A stretch of DNA of 64,000 nucleotides from Bacteroidota bacterium (GCA_013286325.1 JABDFZ010000003.1:4021-68020); one strand, 5' to 3'. Shown: positions 1-10,171, counted from the first letter of the stretch. The notes: generated from the letters alone by a model not told the origin. Made by a program: numbers and translations.

Positions 1-131
1 GTAGTTACAGGCCCCCTTGGATTCTGATGATCAATCAGTAAAAAGGGTATAAAAAAAATCAAATTAATGATAAGCAGGTTTTTTACAACCGGTGTTAAAT
101 TGGCGAATGGTGATTGCCTGTATGCGCTCAT
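1..131 (-). CDS. Rhomboid-family intramembrane serine protease, 5' part (runs off the window start)
   Basis: Not in the ORF track. ATG at 131 reads MSAYRQSPFANLTPVVKNLLIINLIFFIPFLL..., open to position 1. TPVVKNLLIIN is the typical N-terminus of Bacteroidota rhomboids, which commonly follow mutL. Confidence 0.75.
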   Translation of the reverse strand, partial: MSAYRQSPFANLTPVVKNLLIINLIFFIPFLLIDHQNPRGPVT

Positions 132-154
132 AATAAAGTATTAAGTATTATCGA

Positions 155-2011
155 TTATTTTTCAAATCGTTCTAAAAGTTCATTCATTGTAAAAGTAGTA
201 ATTACTAGTTTGCCGTTCAACGCAACATTTGGCATCTGGCAGGCAAAAAGCTGGTCTATCAATATATTCATTTCCTCTAATGACATCTTTACACCTGCTT
301 TCGTTGCAGCATTCCGGGCCAATGACCTTGCCAGGCTGTCGCGCTTATCCAGCTTTAATATCGACTGGTTATTTTTAAACCCTTCCAGCAATTGTTCCAA
401 TATCTCATGTTCCGATGCGTTGTTCAAATCTGCCGGAATACCCTCCACAACCACCGTATTTTTACCAAACTCACGGATATCAAATCCCAGTGCACGAATA
501 TCGGGTAAAAGTTCTTTTAATAATTCAAAATCGCTGCTATTTAATGTAACAGATTGCGGAAAAAGACTTTGCTGGCTTACACCCGAATGGTTTTGTAGCT
601 GCTGTAAAAAACGTTCGTACAAAATCCGTTCATGGGCGGCCTGCTGGCTGATGAGCATAAAGCCCGATTTGATCTGTGAGAGTATAAACCTGTTCTGGAT
701 CTGGAATAGCTGCCGCTCGCTTGGTTTATTTATTTCCTGCTCATCTACCTCAATGCTTTTTTCATCATAAACCTCCTGCTGTATGCTGCTCTCTTTCCTG
801 CTGATCTCGTAAAGTGTATCCCAGTTCTTAGGTATAGGCGAGTTCCGGTAATCATTGCTACCGCGTGATGCTGCATATTCGCGCTCTGGTTTATTATCGG
901 TATTAAACGGATTAAAATCAGGATTGAAAGTAATGGTAGGTGCAACTATTTCCTCCAGGGGCTTAAGAGTAACCAAGTGCTCAATGCTGTTTTCCTGGTC
1001 AAAATCAAGGCTTGGGGTAATGTTATAACGGCCTAATGAGCGTTTTACAGCTGAGCGGATTATAGCGTATATGGTTTGCTCATCCTGGTATTTTATCTCT
1101 GTTTTGGTTGGATGAACGTTGATGTCAATTTTCGACGGATCGATCTCTATAAACAAAACATACAACGGAAAAGTATCCTCAGGTAACAGCTCTTTAAACG
1201 CCATTGTTACGGCATGGTTTAAATAAGCATCTTTTATAAAGCGATGGTTTACAAAAAAAAACTGTTCGCCACGTGTTTTGCGGGCAAACTCTGGCTTACC
1301 AACAAAGCCGCGAAGCTTTATCACCATGGTGTCTTCTTCAACAGGTACTAACCGTTCGTTATAATTATTGCCGAACAAGTGAATAATACGCTGTTTAAGT
1401 GTAGTGCCTGGCAAATGGTAAACCTCCTGTCCGTTATGGTGCAGGGTAAAAAACACTTGCGGGTTAGCCAGCGCTACCCGTTGCAATTCATCAATAATAT
1501 ACCGCATCTCCACCGAATTACTTTTTAAGAAGTTACGGCGGGCAGGTGTGTTGTAAAATAAGTTCTTGATTGATATGGATGTCCCGGTATTAGCCGAGCA
1601 GGCTTCCTGGCTTAAAACTTCCGATCCTTCAATAATAATACAGGTGCCTAATTCGTCTTCATGCCGGCGGGTTTTTAGCTCAACCTGTGCAATTGCGGCA
1701 ATTGATGCCATCGCCTCACCCCTGAAACCCATCGTCCGGATGGCGAAAAGATCTTCGGCTTTGCGTATTTTTGAAGTTGCATGCCGTTCAAAGCACATGC
1801 GGGCGTCGGTAACGCTCATGCCACAACCATTATCAATAATTTGAATTAATGATTTTCCCGCATCCTTAATAATCAGCTGGATCTTATCGGCCCCTGCATC
1901 TATTGCGTTCTCAATCAGTTCTTTTACTGCGGATGCTGGTCGCTGCACTACTTCGCCAGCGGCAATCTGGTTGGCAACGGCATCTGGTAAAAGCTGTATA
2001 ATGTCTGACAT
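155..2011 (-). CDS. mutL: DNA mismatch repair endonuclease MutL
   Basis: N-terminal ANQIAAGEVVQRPASAVKELIENAIDAGA, GFRGEAMASI, DINVHPTKTE; C-terminal QQAAHERILYE endonuclease-type motif. Confidence 0.98.
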   Translation of the reverse strand: MSDIIQLLPDAVANQIAAGEVVQRPASAVKELIENAIDAGADKIQLIIKDAGKSLIQIIDNGCGMSVTDARMCFERHATSKIRKAEDLFAIRTMGFRGEAMASIAAIAQVELKTRRHEDELGTCIIIEGSEVLSQEACSANTGTSISIKNLFYNTPARRNFLKSNSVEMRYIIDELQRVALANPQVFFTLHHNGQEVYHLPGTTLKQRIIHLFGNNYNERLVPVEEDTMVIKLRGFVGKPEFARKTRGEQFFFVNHRFIKDAYLNHAVTMAFKELLPEDTFPLYVLFIEIDPSKIDINVHPTKTEIKYQDEQTIYAIIRSAVKRSLGRYNITPSLDFDQENSIEHLVTLKPLEEIVAPTITFNPDFNPFNTDNKPEREYAASRGSNDYRNSPIPKNWDTLYEISRKESSIQQEVYDEKSIEVDEQEINKPSERQLFQIQNRFILSQIKSGFMLISQQAAHERILYERFLQQLQNHSGVSQQSLFPQSVTLNSSDFELLKELLPDIRALGFDIREFGKNTVVVEGIPADLNNASEHEILEQLLEGFKNNQSILKLDKRDSLARSLARNAATKAGVKMSLEEMNILIDQLFACQMPNVALNGKLVITTFTMNELLERFEK

Positions 2012-2134
2012 TTTTTAAAAATTCCCTTCAATTTCGTTTTCGACGCTAAATTAATTATTTGATGGCATAACTTTATGCATTTGATTTTGTATATAGTTTT
2101 GTAGTTTACAACTTTTTAATATTACACACATTCT

Positions 2135-3766
2135 ATGAAGAGATTATTGCCTGTTTTGCTAATATTGGTAGTCGCCTGTAAGCAAAAAGACTATAATGCC
2201 GACCTGCTGGTTAAAAATGCACTGGTTTATACTGTAGATAGTAAATTTGATACTGCCGAAGCCTTTGTTGTAAATGCAGGCAAGATAGTTGCAGTTGGCA
2301 AAGCCGATACTTTAGAAGAGAAATATAAGGCCCGCCAGGTCATTGATGCGGGAGGAAAGCCTGTATATCCCGGTTTTATTGATGCGCATTCTCATTTTTA
2401 TGGATATGGTTTAACTTTACAGGAGGCTATACTTGATAATACTAAAAGCTGGCAGGAGGTTATTGATTCTGTATCAGCCTTTGCCCGGAAAAATCCTGAG
2501 GGGTGGATAATTGGCCATGGATGGGATAATAATAAATGGAAGCTAAAACAATCTCCAAATAAAGCTAAGTTAGATTCCCTGTTCCCTGCACGGCCTGTTA
2601 TGCTTATGAGGGTTGACGGTCATGCCATATTAGTTAATCAGGCAGCATTAAACATAGCCGGTGTTAAACCAGGGCAAACCATTCCCGGCGGTAAAATTGA
2701 AACCATAAACGGCAAGCTTACCGGCATAATGGTTGATAACGCCAAAAAACTCATAAAAGGCAAAATCCCTAACCCTACCGACGGGCAAACACAATCTGCC
2801 CTTATTCATGCGCAAAATAATTGTTTCGCAGTTGGCTTAACAACAGTTGAAGATTGCGGGCTACCATATACTATGGTAAATACCATTGCACAGCTACAGC
2901 ATAAGGGTGCACTTAAAATGCGGTTATATGTGATGCTCTCCGATGATCCTGAAAATTATGAGTATTTATTTAAACGCGGTGTTTTTAAAACCCCAACGCT
3001 TGATGTGCGGGCATTTAAGCTTTATGCAGATGGCTCGCTGGGATCAAAGAGCGCTTGCCTCCTGAAGCCATATAATGATCAAAAAAACTGGAATGGCTAT
3101 TTAATAAGCCCACAGAAACATTACGAAGAGATAGCTAAAAAGTTAATTGATAAAGGTTTTCAAATGTGTACACATGCCATAGGCGACTCGGCAAACCGGA
3201 TGATGCTGAAAGTATACGCAAGTGTATTAAAAGGCAAAAACGATCGTCGCTGGCGAATTGAGCACTCGCAAATAATAGCACCTGAGGATGTTAAGTATTT
3301 TGGCGAGTATAATATAATCCCGTCTGTTCAACCAACCCATGCTACGTCCGATATGCATTGGGCTGGCAAAAGCTTAGGTGAAAAACGATTAAAATCAGCC
3401 TATATCTATAAGCAATTACTCGATCAAAATGGATGGATACCTCTGGGTACTGATTTTCCGGTTGAGAATATTAACCCGATGTATACTTTTTACGCTGCGG
3501 TTGTGCGCAAGGATTTGAAAGGATATCCCGAAGGTGGTTTTCAAATGGAAAACGCCCTTAGCAGGCAGGAGGCTTTACAGGGAATAACCATTTGGGCAGC
3601 TAAAGCAAATTTTGAAGAAAAAGAAAAAGGAAGCATTGAGCCGGGTAAATATGCTGACTTTATCATACTCGATAGTGATATAATGAAAATAAAAGGTGCA
3701 GCTTTGCCAAACGTTAAGGTTTTGAAAACGTTTATAAATGGAGAAAAGGTTTATGAGAAAAAGTAA
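2135..3766 (+). CDS. Amidohydrolase 3 family (YtcJ-like) lipoprotein
   Basis: Lipobox VVAC; PGFIDAHSH, KLYADGSLG, HAIGDSAN, RIEHSQ, GTDFPVE, GSIEPGKYADF motifs. Confidence 0.9.
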   Translation: MKRLLPVLLILVVACKQKDYNADLLVKNALVYTVDSKFDTAEAFVVNAGKIVAVGKADTLEEKYKARQVIDAGGKPVYPGFIDAHSHFYGYGLTLQEAILDNTKSWQEVIDSVSAFARKNPEGWIIGHGWDNNKWKLKQSPNKAKLDSLFPARPVMLMRVDGHAILVNQAALNIAGVKPGQTIPGGKIETINGKLTGIMVDNAKKLIKGKIPNPTDGQTQSALIHAQNNCFAVGLTTVEDCGLPYTMVNTIAQLQHKGALKMRLYVMLSDDPENYEYLFKRGVFKTPTLDVRAFKLYADGSLGSKSACLLKPYNDQKNWNGYLISPQKHYEEIAKKLIDKGFQMCTHAIGDSANRMMLKVYASVLKGKNDRRWRIEHSQIIAPEDVKYFGEYNIIPSVQPTHATSDMHWAGKSLGEKRLKSAYIYKQLLDQNGWIPLGTDFPVENINPMYTFYAAVVRKDLKGYPEGGFQMENALSRQEALQGITIWAAKANFEEKEKGSIEPGKYADFIILDSDIMKIKGAALPNVKVLKTFINGEKVYEKK

Positions 3767-5570
3767 GTGGCATATTTGCACTTTAATAGTAACAGGGTTT
3801 ATTTTATTTAATTCGGCATGCGCGCAAAATCCACCATTATCTGGTTTAGCCTATGTAAATGAAGAGAAGCTGGCAGAACAATCGACCGTTCTGTTAAATA
3901 ATGCCTCCTACTTTGTACCCTTGCAAAGCCTTGACGAGCTAAAAATTGCCAGCGTTCATTTTTCAAATTTATACTCCGCAGGTTTTGATAGCCTGCTAAA
4001 TAAATATGCAAAAGTGTCTGTATATAGCGGCAAAGATTATACAGGTATAAAAAGCCTTGATAATTTATCTGCCGATTTAAAATGGTATAATACCTTGATT
4101 GTTCAGGTGAATGACGCCGATCTGAGCAACCCCCTTGTTATCAATTTTATCAACACCAATCAAAAAATTAAAAATGTGGTTGTTGCCCTGTTTGGCAGCA
4201 GCAATGCATTAGTCAAACTCAATAATACCGCGGTACCTGTTATTTGGACTGAAAGAGTATCGTCTGTCTCTGCGTTTTACAGTGCGCAGGCCATATTTGG
4301 AGGTGTTCCGGTAACGCAAAAATTAAAAAAGAATATCTCTGCATTATACAAAGCAGATATGGGTTTTATAAGCAATAAGATCCGTTTACAATATACTGTA
4401 CCTGAAGACGCAGGTATAAATGCTGTAAATTTAGCAGGCATTGATCTCATAGCTAACGAAGCAATGATGAACCAGGCCACTCCTGGTTGTGTAGTTTTAG
4501 TAGCAAAAGACGGTAAGGTAATATTTAATAAAGCTTACGGTTACCATACTTATTCCAAAACACTGCCAGACAAGCTTACCGATATTTTTGATGTAGCATC
4601 CATGACCAAGATCTCGGCTACAACAATGGAAACTATGCAGCTTGTTGACCAGGGTAAGCTAAATCTTGATGGTATTGTCGGCGATTATCTGCCTGCGGCA
4701 CGCAAAACCAATAAAAACGACCTGCATATAAGCGAGGTATTAGAACATCAGGCCGGCTTGATCCCTGATATCCCTACGCTTGAAGTAATAAAACCTTCTG
4801 ATCACACAACTGATTCATCGGCTGCTTATCCAACCAAAGTGAATGATAATTATTATTTACGGAAGGACTATTTTAAAGATGTGATGTGGCCTGAGATGCT
4901 TAATTCGCCGCTAAAAACCCGTGGAAGCTATGTTTACAGTGATTTGAGCATGTGTTTTATGCAGCAAATTATCGAAACAATTACAGCCAAGCCCGAGAAT
5001 ATATATGTTCAGCAACAGTTTTATGCCCCGTTGGGTATGCAAACGGCCGGCTTTTTACCGCTTTACCGCTTCACACCTAACCAGATAGTGCCTACTGAAG
5101 ATGATCAGGTTTACCGCCATGCTTTGCTTGATGGTTACGTTCACGACCCTACGGCAGCATTAATGGGTGGTGTTGCAGGCCATGCCGGTCTGTTCGCCAG
5201 CGCAAATGACCTGGCAATATTATACCAGATGATGCTGAACCGGGGAACTTATGGAGGCGTTCAATATATTAAGCCTGCAACAGTGGATTTGTTCACAGCC
5301 AAACAATCAGCAGTTAGTCGTCGTGGTTTAGGATTTGACAGGTGGGACCCCATTGCCGACCGTCACTATCCCTCGCAACTTGCATCTCCTGAAACTTATG
5401 GACATACTGGCTTTACTGGTACCTGCGTTTGGGTCGATCCGAAATATAACCTGGTTTATATATTTTTATCAAACAGGGTACACCCTAATGTTGGCAGCAA
5501 GCTCTCGAGCTTAAACATCCGGCCAAGGATACAGGATGTGGTTTATCAGGCAATACAGAAAGGAATGTAG
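3753..5570 (+). CDS. Serine hydrolase (beta-lactamase class C-like) with an N-terminal GH3-C-like region
   Basis: SxxK (ASMTK), YSD and GHTGFTG motifs; signal peptide from ATG 3753 (ORF track starts at 3738); overlaps the upstream gene. Confidence 0.85.
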   Translation: MRKSKWHICTLIVTGFILFNSACAQNPPLSGLAYVNEEKLAEQSTVLLNNASYFVPLQSLDELKIASVHFSNLYSAGFDSLLNKYAKVSVYSGKDYTGIKSLDNLSADLKWYNTLIVQVNDADLSNPLVINFINTNQKIKNVVVALFGSSNALVKLNNTAVPVIWTERVSSVSAFYSAQAIFGGVPVTQKLKKNISALYKADMGFISNKIRLQYTVPEDAGINAVNLAGIDLIANEAMMNQATPGCVVLVAKDGKVIFNKAYGYHTYSKTLPDKLTDIFDVASMTKISATTMETMQLVDQGKLNLDGIVGDYLPAARKTNKNDLHISEVLEHQAGLIPDIPTLEVIKPSDHTTDSSAAYPTKVNDNYYLRKDYFKDVMWPEMLNSPLKTRGSYVYSDLSMCFMQQIIETITAKPENIYVQQQFYAPLGMQTAGFLPLYRFTPNQIVPTEDDQVYRHALLDGYVHDPTAALMGGVAGHAGLFASANDLAILYQMMLNRGTYGGVQYIKPATVDLFTAKQSAVSRRGLGFDRWDPIADRHYPSQLASPETYGHTGFTGTCVWVDPKYNLVYIFLSNRVHPNVGSKLSSLNIRPRIQDVVYQAIQKGM

Positions 5571-5574
5571 TGTT

Positions 5575-5736
5575 GATGTTGGATTTCGGAATTATTATAG
5601 TCTGAATCATAATTAGCAGAATTCAATTGTATCTTGATAATTCTGTAAGTTCTGATTCAGATAATTATTGCGTAAATTCGATTTGGGGAATCCTGATTTT
5701 CTGCAAATCCGAAATTGAACATCGAAATCCGAAATC
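5575..5736. repeat. Nested inverted short-tandem-repeat element (CGAAATC-type arms around a TCTGAATCA..TGATTCAGA hairpin)
   Basis: GATGTTGGATTTCGGA (5575) pairs with TCCGAAATTGAACATC (5708); inner TCTGAATCA 5601-5609 / TGATTCAGA 5653-5661. Confidence 0.7.
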
Positions 5737-5739
5737 AAA

Positions 5740-6546
5740 ATGAATTACTACACCATCCCACCTCCTATATCATTAAAACCCTATGTAAGGTGTTTTTGGG
5801 TATTGGAGCACGATTTTGGCAATGGTGAAGATTCGTACATTTACCGTTCTATAGCCGACGGGTGCGTTGAAATAGTTTTTCATTACCAGGCTGCATTTGA
5901 CGAACTTGTTACTAATGGCCAGGCACACAACTGGCAATCGGGGATACATTTTCAATCAAGCAACTACCGGAGATTTGAAACCAAACAAAGCTTTGGCATT
6001 TTTGGAGCTTATATTTATCCTTTTGCTGTACCCTATTTTTTCAATGTTCCATCCGAAGAAACCAGCAATGAAATGCTCGATCTGCACACTTTTTTAGGCA
6101 AACAGGGTAATGAAATTGAAGAAAAAATAATGATAGCTCCGGATAACTTTAAGAGGGCTGAAATATTAACCACCTTTCTGGAAAAACGTCTTCAGCATGC
6201 CCGTTTAAAGGACAATACCATTGCTACTTCTATAAAACATGTCATACATTCAGGCCAGATAAACTCTGTGGAACAACTGGCTTATCAGTTTAATCTCTCC
6301 ACCCGGCAATTCGACAGAAAATTTAAAGAATATGCAGGCTTCAGTCCCAAAATGTATATGCGCCTTGTGCGTTTAAGCAATGCATTAAAGCAACAGGGGA
6401 GCAATAAATCATTAAGCCGGATAGCGCATGAATGCGGTTATTACGATCAATCGCATTTTATACATGATGTTAAAGCATTCACAGGCTATCATCCAGGCTT
6501 TTACTTTTCGGGCAAGGCTGAGGGCACCGAATATCTGTATGTTTAA
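5740..6546 (+). CDS. AraC-family regulator with DUF6597-type N-terminal domain
   Basis: N-terminal PPISLKPYVRCFW and ADGCVEIVF; C-terminal HTH LSTRQFDRKF...GYYDQSHFIHDVKAFTG. Confidence 0.92.
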   Translation: MNYYTIPPPISLKPYVRCFWVLEHDFGNGEDSYIYRSIADGCVEIVFHYQAAFDELVTNGQAHNWQSGIHFQSSNYRRFETKQSFGIFGAYIYPFAVPYFFNVPSEETSNEMLDLHTFLGKQGNEIEEKIMIAPDNFKRAEILTTFLEKRLQHARLKDNTIATSIKHVIHSGQINSVEQLAYQFNLSTRQFDRKFKEYAGFSPKMYMRLVRLSNALKQQGSNKSLSRIAHECGYYDQSHFIHDVKAFTGYHPGFYFSGKAEGTEYLYV

Positions 6547-6547
6547 A

Positions 6548-6593
6548 ATGTCTTGTTTTTACAATTATTGAATAATACAGGCCGCTACTTTTG
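6548..6593 (+). promoter_or_regulatory. Candidate AraC site (ATGTCTTGTTTTTACAATT) plus Bacteroidota -7 box TACTTTTG for the VOC gene
   Basis: TGTC...TTTACAA box directly after the AraC stop; TAnnTTTG at 6586-6593, 15 nt before the VOC ATG. The binding-site role is inferred. Confidence 0.45.
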
Positions 6594-6608
6594 TTAAAAA
6601 AGATCAAC

Positions 6609-6989
6609 ATGAAAACAGTTAATATTCCCGAAGGCTACCAGCAAGTAATGCCTTATCTTATAATTGAAAATGCAGCAGCATTTATTGAGTTTACCAAAAA
6701 GGTTTTTGGAGCAGCAGAAAGATTTAAAACCATGCGCGACGAGCATATCATTATGCATGCCGAGATCAGCATTGGCGAAAGTGTAATTATGATGGCCGAT
6801 GCTACTGATAAATATAGCGTACAAAATGCAGGCTTATTTATCTATGTTGACGATTGTGATACCGTTTTTCAAAAAGCTTTAGATAATGGCGCAACAACAG
6901 TTATGGAACCGGCCGACCAGAGCTATGGCCGCAGCGGCGGTGCTAAAGATGCCTTTGGTAACACATGGTGGATAACAAGTGTGCTGTAG
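6609..6989 (+). CDS. VOC/glyoxalase (PhnB-like) family protein
   Basis: PEGYQQVMPYL, IMHAEISIG, DQSYGRSGGAKDAFGNTWWI; ATG 6609 is a more likely start than the TTG at 6591. Confidence 0.9.
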   Translation: MKTVNIPEGYQQVMPYLIIENAAAFIEFTKKVFGAAERFKTMRDEHIIMHAEISIGESVIMMADATDKYSVQNAGLFIYVDDCDTVFQKALDNGATTVMEPADQSYGRSGGAKDAFGNTWWITSVL

Positions 6990-6992
6990 AGA

Positions 6993-7119
6993 GTGCGAAA
7001 TGCGAAGTGCCGATTGCGGAATAGAAAATGCTAAAATTAAAACATTCCGCAATTGGCATTCCGACTTCCGCATTCAAATCATTCCGAAATCGACACTTCG
7101 CATTCCGAATTTCGAAATC
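6993..7119. repeat. Inverted array of heptamer repeats (TGCGAAA/TTCCGCA type)
   Basis: TGCGAAGTGCCGATTGCGGAAT (7001-7022) is the reverse complement, with 2 mismatches, of ATTCCGAAATCGACACTTCGCA (7081-7102); several further 7-nt units. Confidence 0.75.
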
Positions 7120-7257
7120 TCTTCCCATCAATCATTTTACATCCGCATAACACTATTTCAATAAATTGCTGTTAAACTTGCATAATGAGCTATCATAAGC
7201 AAAGTGCTTCTATTTTGCGTGTAAGGGCTCGTTGCCAATATAAAGCATAGCACATTA

Positions 7258-8397
7258 ATGAAAATAGGAATAGTTTGTTATCCAACCTTTGGCGGTAGCG
7301 GGGTTGTTGCCACCGAATTGGGGAAAGCGCTTGCCGACCGTGGTCACCAGGTTCATTTTGTAACCTATAACCAGCCTGCCAGGTTAGACCTTTTCTCCGA
7401 AAATCTTTTTTATCACGAAGTTTCAGTATCTAATTATCCGCTTTTTGACTTTCCACCTTATGAACTTGCACTTGCAAGCCGCCTGGTTGATGTTGTGAGG
7501 TTTGAAAAGCTGGATATATTACATGTACACTACGCCATCCCGCATGCTTCTGCAGCATTTATGGCTAAACAGATATTGCTGACCTATGGCATATACATTC
7601 CTGTAGTGACAACACTGCATGGCACCGATATTACATTAGTAGGCAAAGACCGCACATTTAAGCCGGTTGTTACATTTTCTATCAATAAGTCAGATGGTGT
7701 AACTGCAGTTTCAGAACATTTACGAAACGATACCTACAATTTTTTTGAGATAGAGAATGATATCAGGGTGATACCTAACTTTATTGATCTCAATCGTTTC
7801 AGCCTTAAACCAAAGGATCATTTCAAAAAAGCCATTGCACCATCAGGCGAAAAAATAATCGTACATACATCCAACTTCCGCAAAGTAAAGCGTACTGCCG
7901 ATGTAATTAAAATATTTGCAAAGGTTGTAGAGAAAATACCGTCGAAACTGTTAATGGTTGGCGACGGTGTTGAGCGTTCTTACTGCGAACAATTAGCCCG
8001 CGACCTTAATGTTTGCGATGAAGTGCGCTTTTTAGGTAAACAAGATGCAATTGAAGAAATCCTTTCTGTATCTGATCTGTTTTTAATGCCTTCCGAATCT
8101 GAAAGTTTTGGTTTAGCAGCATTGGAGGCTATGGCCTGCAAAGTGCCTGTTATCAGCTCAAATGCAGGTGGTTTGCCCGAACTGAATGTTGACGGCGAAA
8201 CCGGGTTTTTAAAAGATGTGGGAGATGTAGATGGGATGGCCGAAAAAGCCATTTATATATTGGAAGATGAGGAAAGGTTAAAAACGTTTAAAGAAAATGC
8301 CCTGGCCCGCGCCAAGGTATTTGACCTGGCTAATATTCTGCCAGCCTATGAAAATTATTATATAGAAGTACTGGAACGCACTAAGGAAAAAGCATAA
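7258..8397 (+). CDS. bshA: N-acetyl-alpha-D-glucosaminyl L-malate synthase (bacillithiol biosynthesis, GT4)
   Basis: MKIGIVCYPTFGGSGVVATELG, HVHYAIPHA, TTLHGTDITLVG, ESFGLAALEAMAC. Confidence 0.96.
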   Translation: MKIGIVCYPTFGGSGVVATELGKALADRGHQVHFVTYNQPARLDLFSENLFYHEVSVSNYPLFDFPPYELALASRLVDVVRFEKLDILHVHYAIPHASAAFMAKQILLTYGIYIPVVTTLHGTDITLVGKDRTFKPVVTFSINKSDGVTAVSEHLRNDTYNFFEIENDIRVIPNFIDLNRFSLKPKDHFKKAIAPSGEKIIVHTSNFRKVKRTADVIKIFAKVVEKIPSKLLMVGDGVERSYCEQLARDLNVCDEVRFLGKQDAIEEILSVSDLFLMPSESESFGLAALEAMACKVPVISSNAGGLPELNVDGETGFLKDVGDVDGMAEKAIYILEDEERLKTFKENALARAKVFDLANILPAYENYYIEVLERTKEKA

Positions 8398-8458
8398 GAC
8401 TAATTATTATAATATTTGGCAGGATTTATGCTTATATATGTGAAATAAAAATACATAT

Positions 8459-8947
8459 ATGAAAAAGTTATCCCAATATTTAGTTATCCTGTTAGCCGCT
8501 ACAGTAATTTTATCAGCATGCTCAACTTCTAAAAATGCAGTAACTGGCGCAAGCAACGTTTCACGTGGCAAGTTCACCGGTACCTGGACCATAAATAACA
8601 TCAGTTATGATGGCATTGTGCCACAAGCGGTTCAAAATGTATTTGATCAGGCTCCTCCTGCAGATTTTATGGGCAGCACCTGGAAGCTTACAAACAGTGG
8701 TAATGGTATTTATACATTACAAAACGGTACATCTCAAACTATATTCTGGTCAGTAAACAATGATGCAGGAAGTAGCCAGTTGTTTCAGTTTAAAAAACTT
8801 TACCAGGGAGATAAGGCACAAAAAGTAACACAAGGGTATCAGCTTGTTATTGCCGGGAACGACGGTAATTCTATGACTCTGAAATCACCAATTGCAGTAG
8901 GCGATAAAACCGCTTATATTATTTACTCGTTTACAAAAGCGCAGTAA
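8459..8947 (+). CDS. Lipoprotein, lipocalin-like beta-barrel
   Basis: Lipobox LSAC; GTW motif near the N-terminus; beta-rich. Confidence 0.7.
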   Translation: MKKLSQYLVILLAATVILSACSTSKNAVTGASNVSRGKFTGTWTINNISYDGIVPQAVQNVFDQAPPADFMGSTWKLTNSGNGIYTLQNGTSQTIFWSVNNDAGSSQLFQFKKLYQGDKAQKVTQGYQLVIAGNDGNSMTLKSPIAVGDKTAYIIYSFTKAQ

Positions 8948-8962
8948 AAAAAGCTAAAGCAT

Positions 8963-9022
8963 AAAGAAAAAGCACAAAACTTAAAGCAATATTATAGCTT
9001 TAGGCTTTGTGCTTTTTCCTTT
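8963..9022. terminator. Bidirectional intrinsic terminator between convergent genes
   Basis: AAAGAAAAAGCACAAAACTTAAAGC / GCTTTAGGCTTTGTGCTTTTTCCTTT long stem with A/T tails. Confidence 0.7.
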
Positions 9023-9031
9023 AAGTATTTT

Positions 9032-10171
9032 TTATTCAGCTGCTGTAAATTTTAAACAAACAGGATTGCCAATTTCATTAATAATACCACCTATTCTTGT
9101 AATCTTCCCTGTAGTTTTATCAATTTTATAGGTGTAGATAGTATCACTATCCTGATTAGCTACTAATAAAAAGTTTCCTGAAGGATCAATAGCAAAGTCT
9201 CGTGGGTTTTTACCAAAACTCGATTCCTGTTGCACCTGTGTAAGCGCTCCGGTTTCTTCGTTTATAGCAAAAACAGTGATCTCATTGGTTTCCAAACGAT
9301 TGGATGTATAAAGGAATTTTCCATCCGGTGATATATGTATAGCTGCACCTGCGGTTTGGCCTTTAAAGCCCGGCGCTAAAAACGAGATCTTTTGTTTTTC
9401 TTTTAGTTTACCGCTATCGTAATCGTAAACATATACGTTCGATCCCATTTCGGTTATCAGGTAAACATGTTTTTTATCGTTCGAAAATACAAGGTGACGC
9501 GGCCCATCACCCGGGGCTACACTTACAAAAGCAGGTTTGGCATCCGTTAACGGACTTTCTTTACCTGCTTTATAGCGGGTTATATGTAATTTATCAGTTC
9601 CCAAATCGGTATAAAGTACATATTTTTCATCCGGAGATAATACCGCAGTATGTACATGTGCCGCTTCCTGTCTTTCTTTATTTACACCGTGGCCATCATC
9701 GTGCAAAGTCTCTATCCCATTGGCTAAAGAACCATCCTTATTTATAGGCAGCACCGCAATTGTGCCGCTGCTGTAGTTTGCAATAAATGCATTTTTCTGA
9801 TCTTTATCAACTGATATATAACAAGGATCGGCACCCAATGACGATTGTTTGTTAATAAACACCAGCTTACCTTGTTTGGCATCAAACTTAAATGCGCTTA
9901 CTTCGCCTTTTTTGCCATCTTCATTAACAGCATAAACAAATTTATTATTGTCAGATACCGTAAGGTAAGAGGGATTGCTTACATCATCAATTTGATTTAA
10001 ATAAGCTATCCTGCCTGTTTCAGCATAAAAGCGGTATACATAAATGCCTTTACTTTTACCTTTGGTATAAGTACCAATGAGCAGGTCGTAAGTTGAAGGA
10101 GCTGTTTTCTTCTTTTGTGCGTAAATAAGCACCGGGAAAAGCAGCGAAATTATTATCAGAAATTTTTTCAT
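9032..10171 (-). CDS. Lactonase family beta-propeller (6-phosphogluconolactonase, Pgl-like), exported
   Basis: IGTYT, NPSYL, ANYSSG, AHVH, DLGTDK, GDGPRH, LYTSNR, GKNPRDF motifs; signal peptide. Confidence 0.9.
   Translation of the reverse strand: MKKFLIIISLLFPVLIYAQKKKTAPSTYDLLIGTYTKGKSKGIYVYRFYAETGRIAYLNQIDDVSNPSYLTVSDNNKFVYAVNEDGKKGEVSAFKFDAKQGKLVFINKQSSLGADPCYISVDKDQKNAFIANYSSGTIAVLPINKDGSLANGIETLHDDGHGVNKERQEAAHVHTAVLSPDEKYVLYTDLGTDKLHITRYKAGKESPLTDAKPAFVSVAPGDGPRHLVFSNDKKHVYLITEMGSNVYVYDYDSGKLKEKQKISFLAPGFKGQTAGAAIHISPDGKFLYTSNRLETNEITVFAINEETGALTQVQQESSFGKNPRDFAIDPSGNFLLVANQDSDTIYTYKIDKTTGKITRIGGIINEIGNPVCLKFTAAE

Noticed and set aside
114-770. 218-aa plus-strand ORF, and similar long shadow ORFs (11081-11557, 20106-20801, 35529-35918, 46136-46672)
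   Set aside because: Antisense to well-supported genes (mutL, rluB, lipA, ABC exporter, PSD1) with no recognisable motifs; expected codon-bias shadows.
6993-7119. Short repeat arrays as CRISPR
   Set aside because: Units are 7-9 bp, degenerate and inverted, with no 25-45 bp repeat-spacer periodicity and no cas genes.
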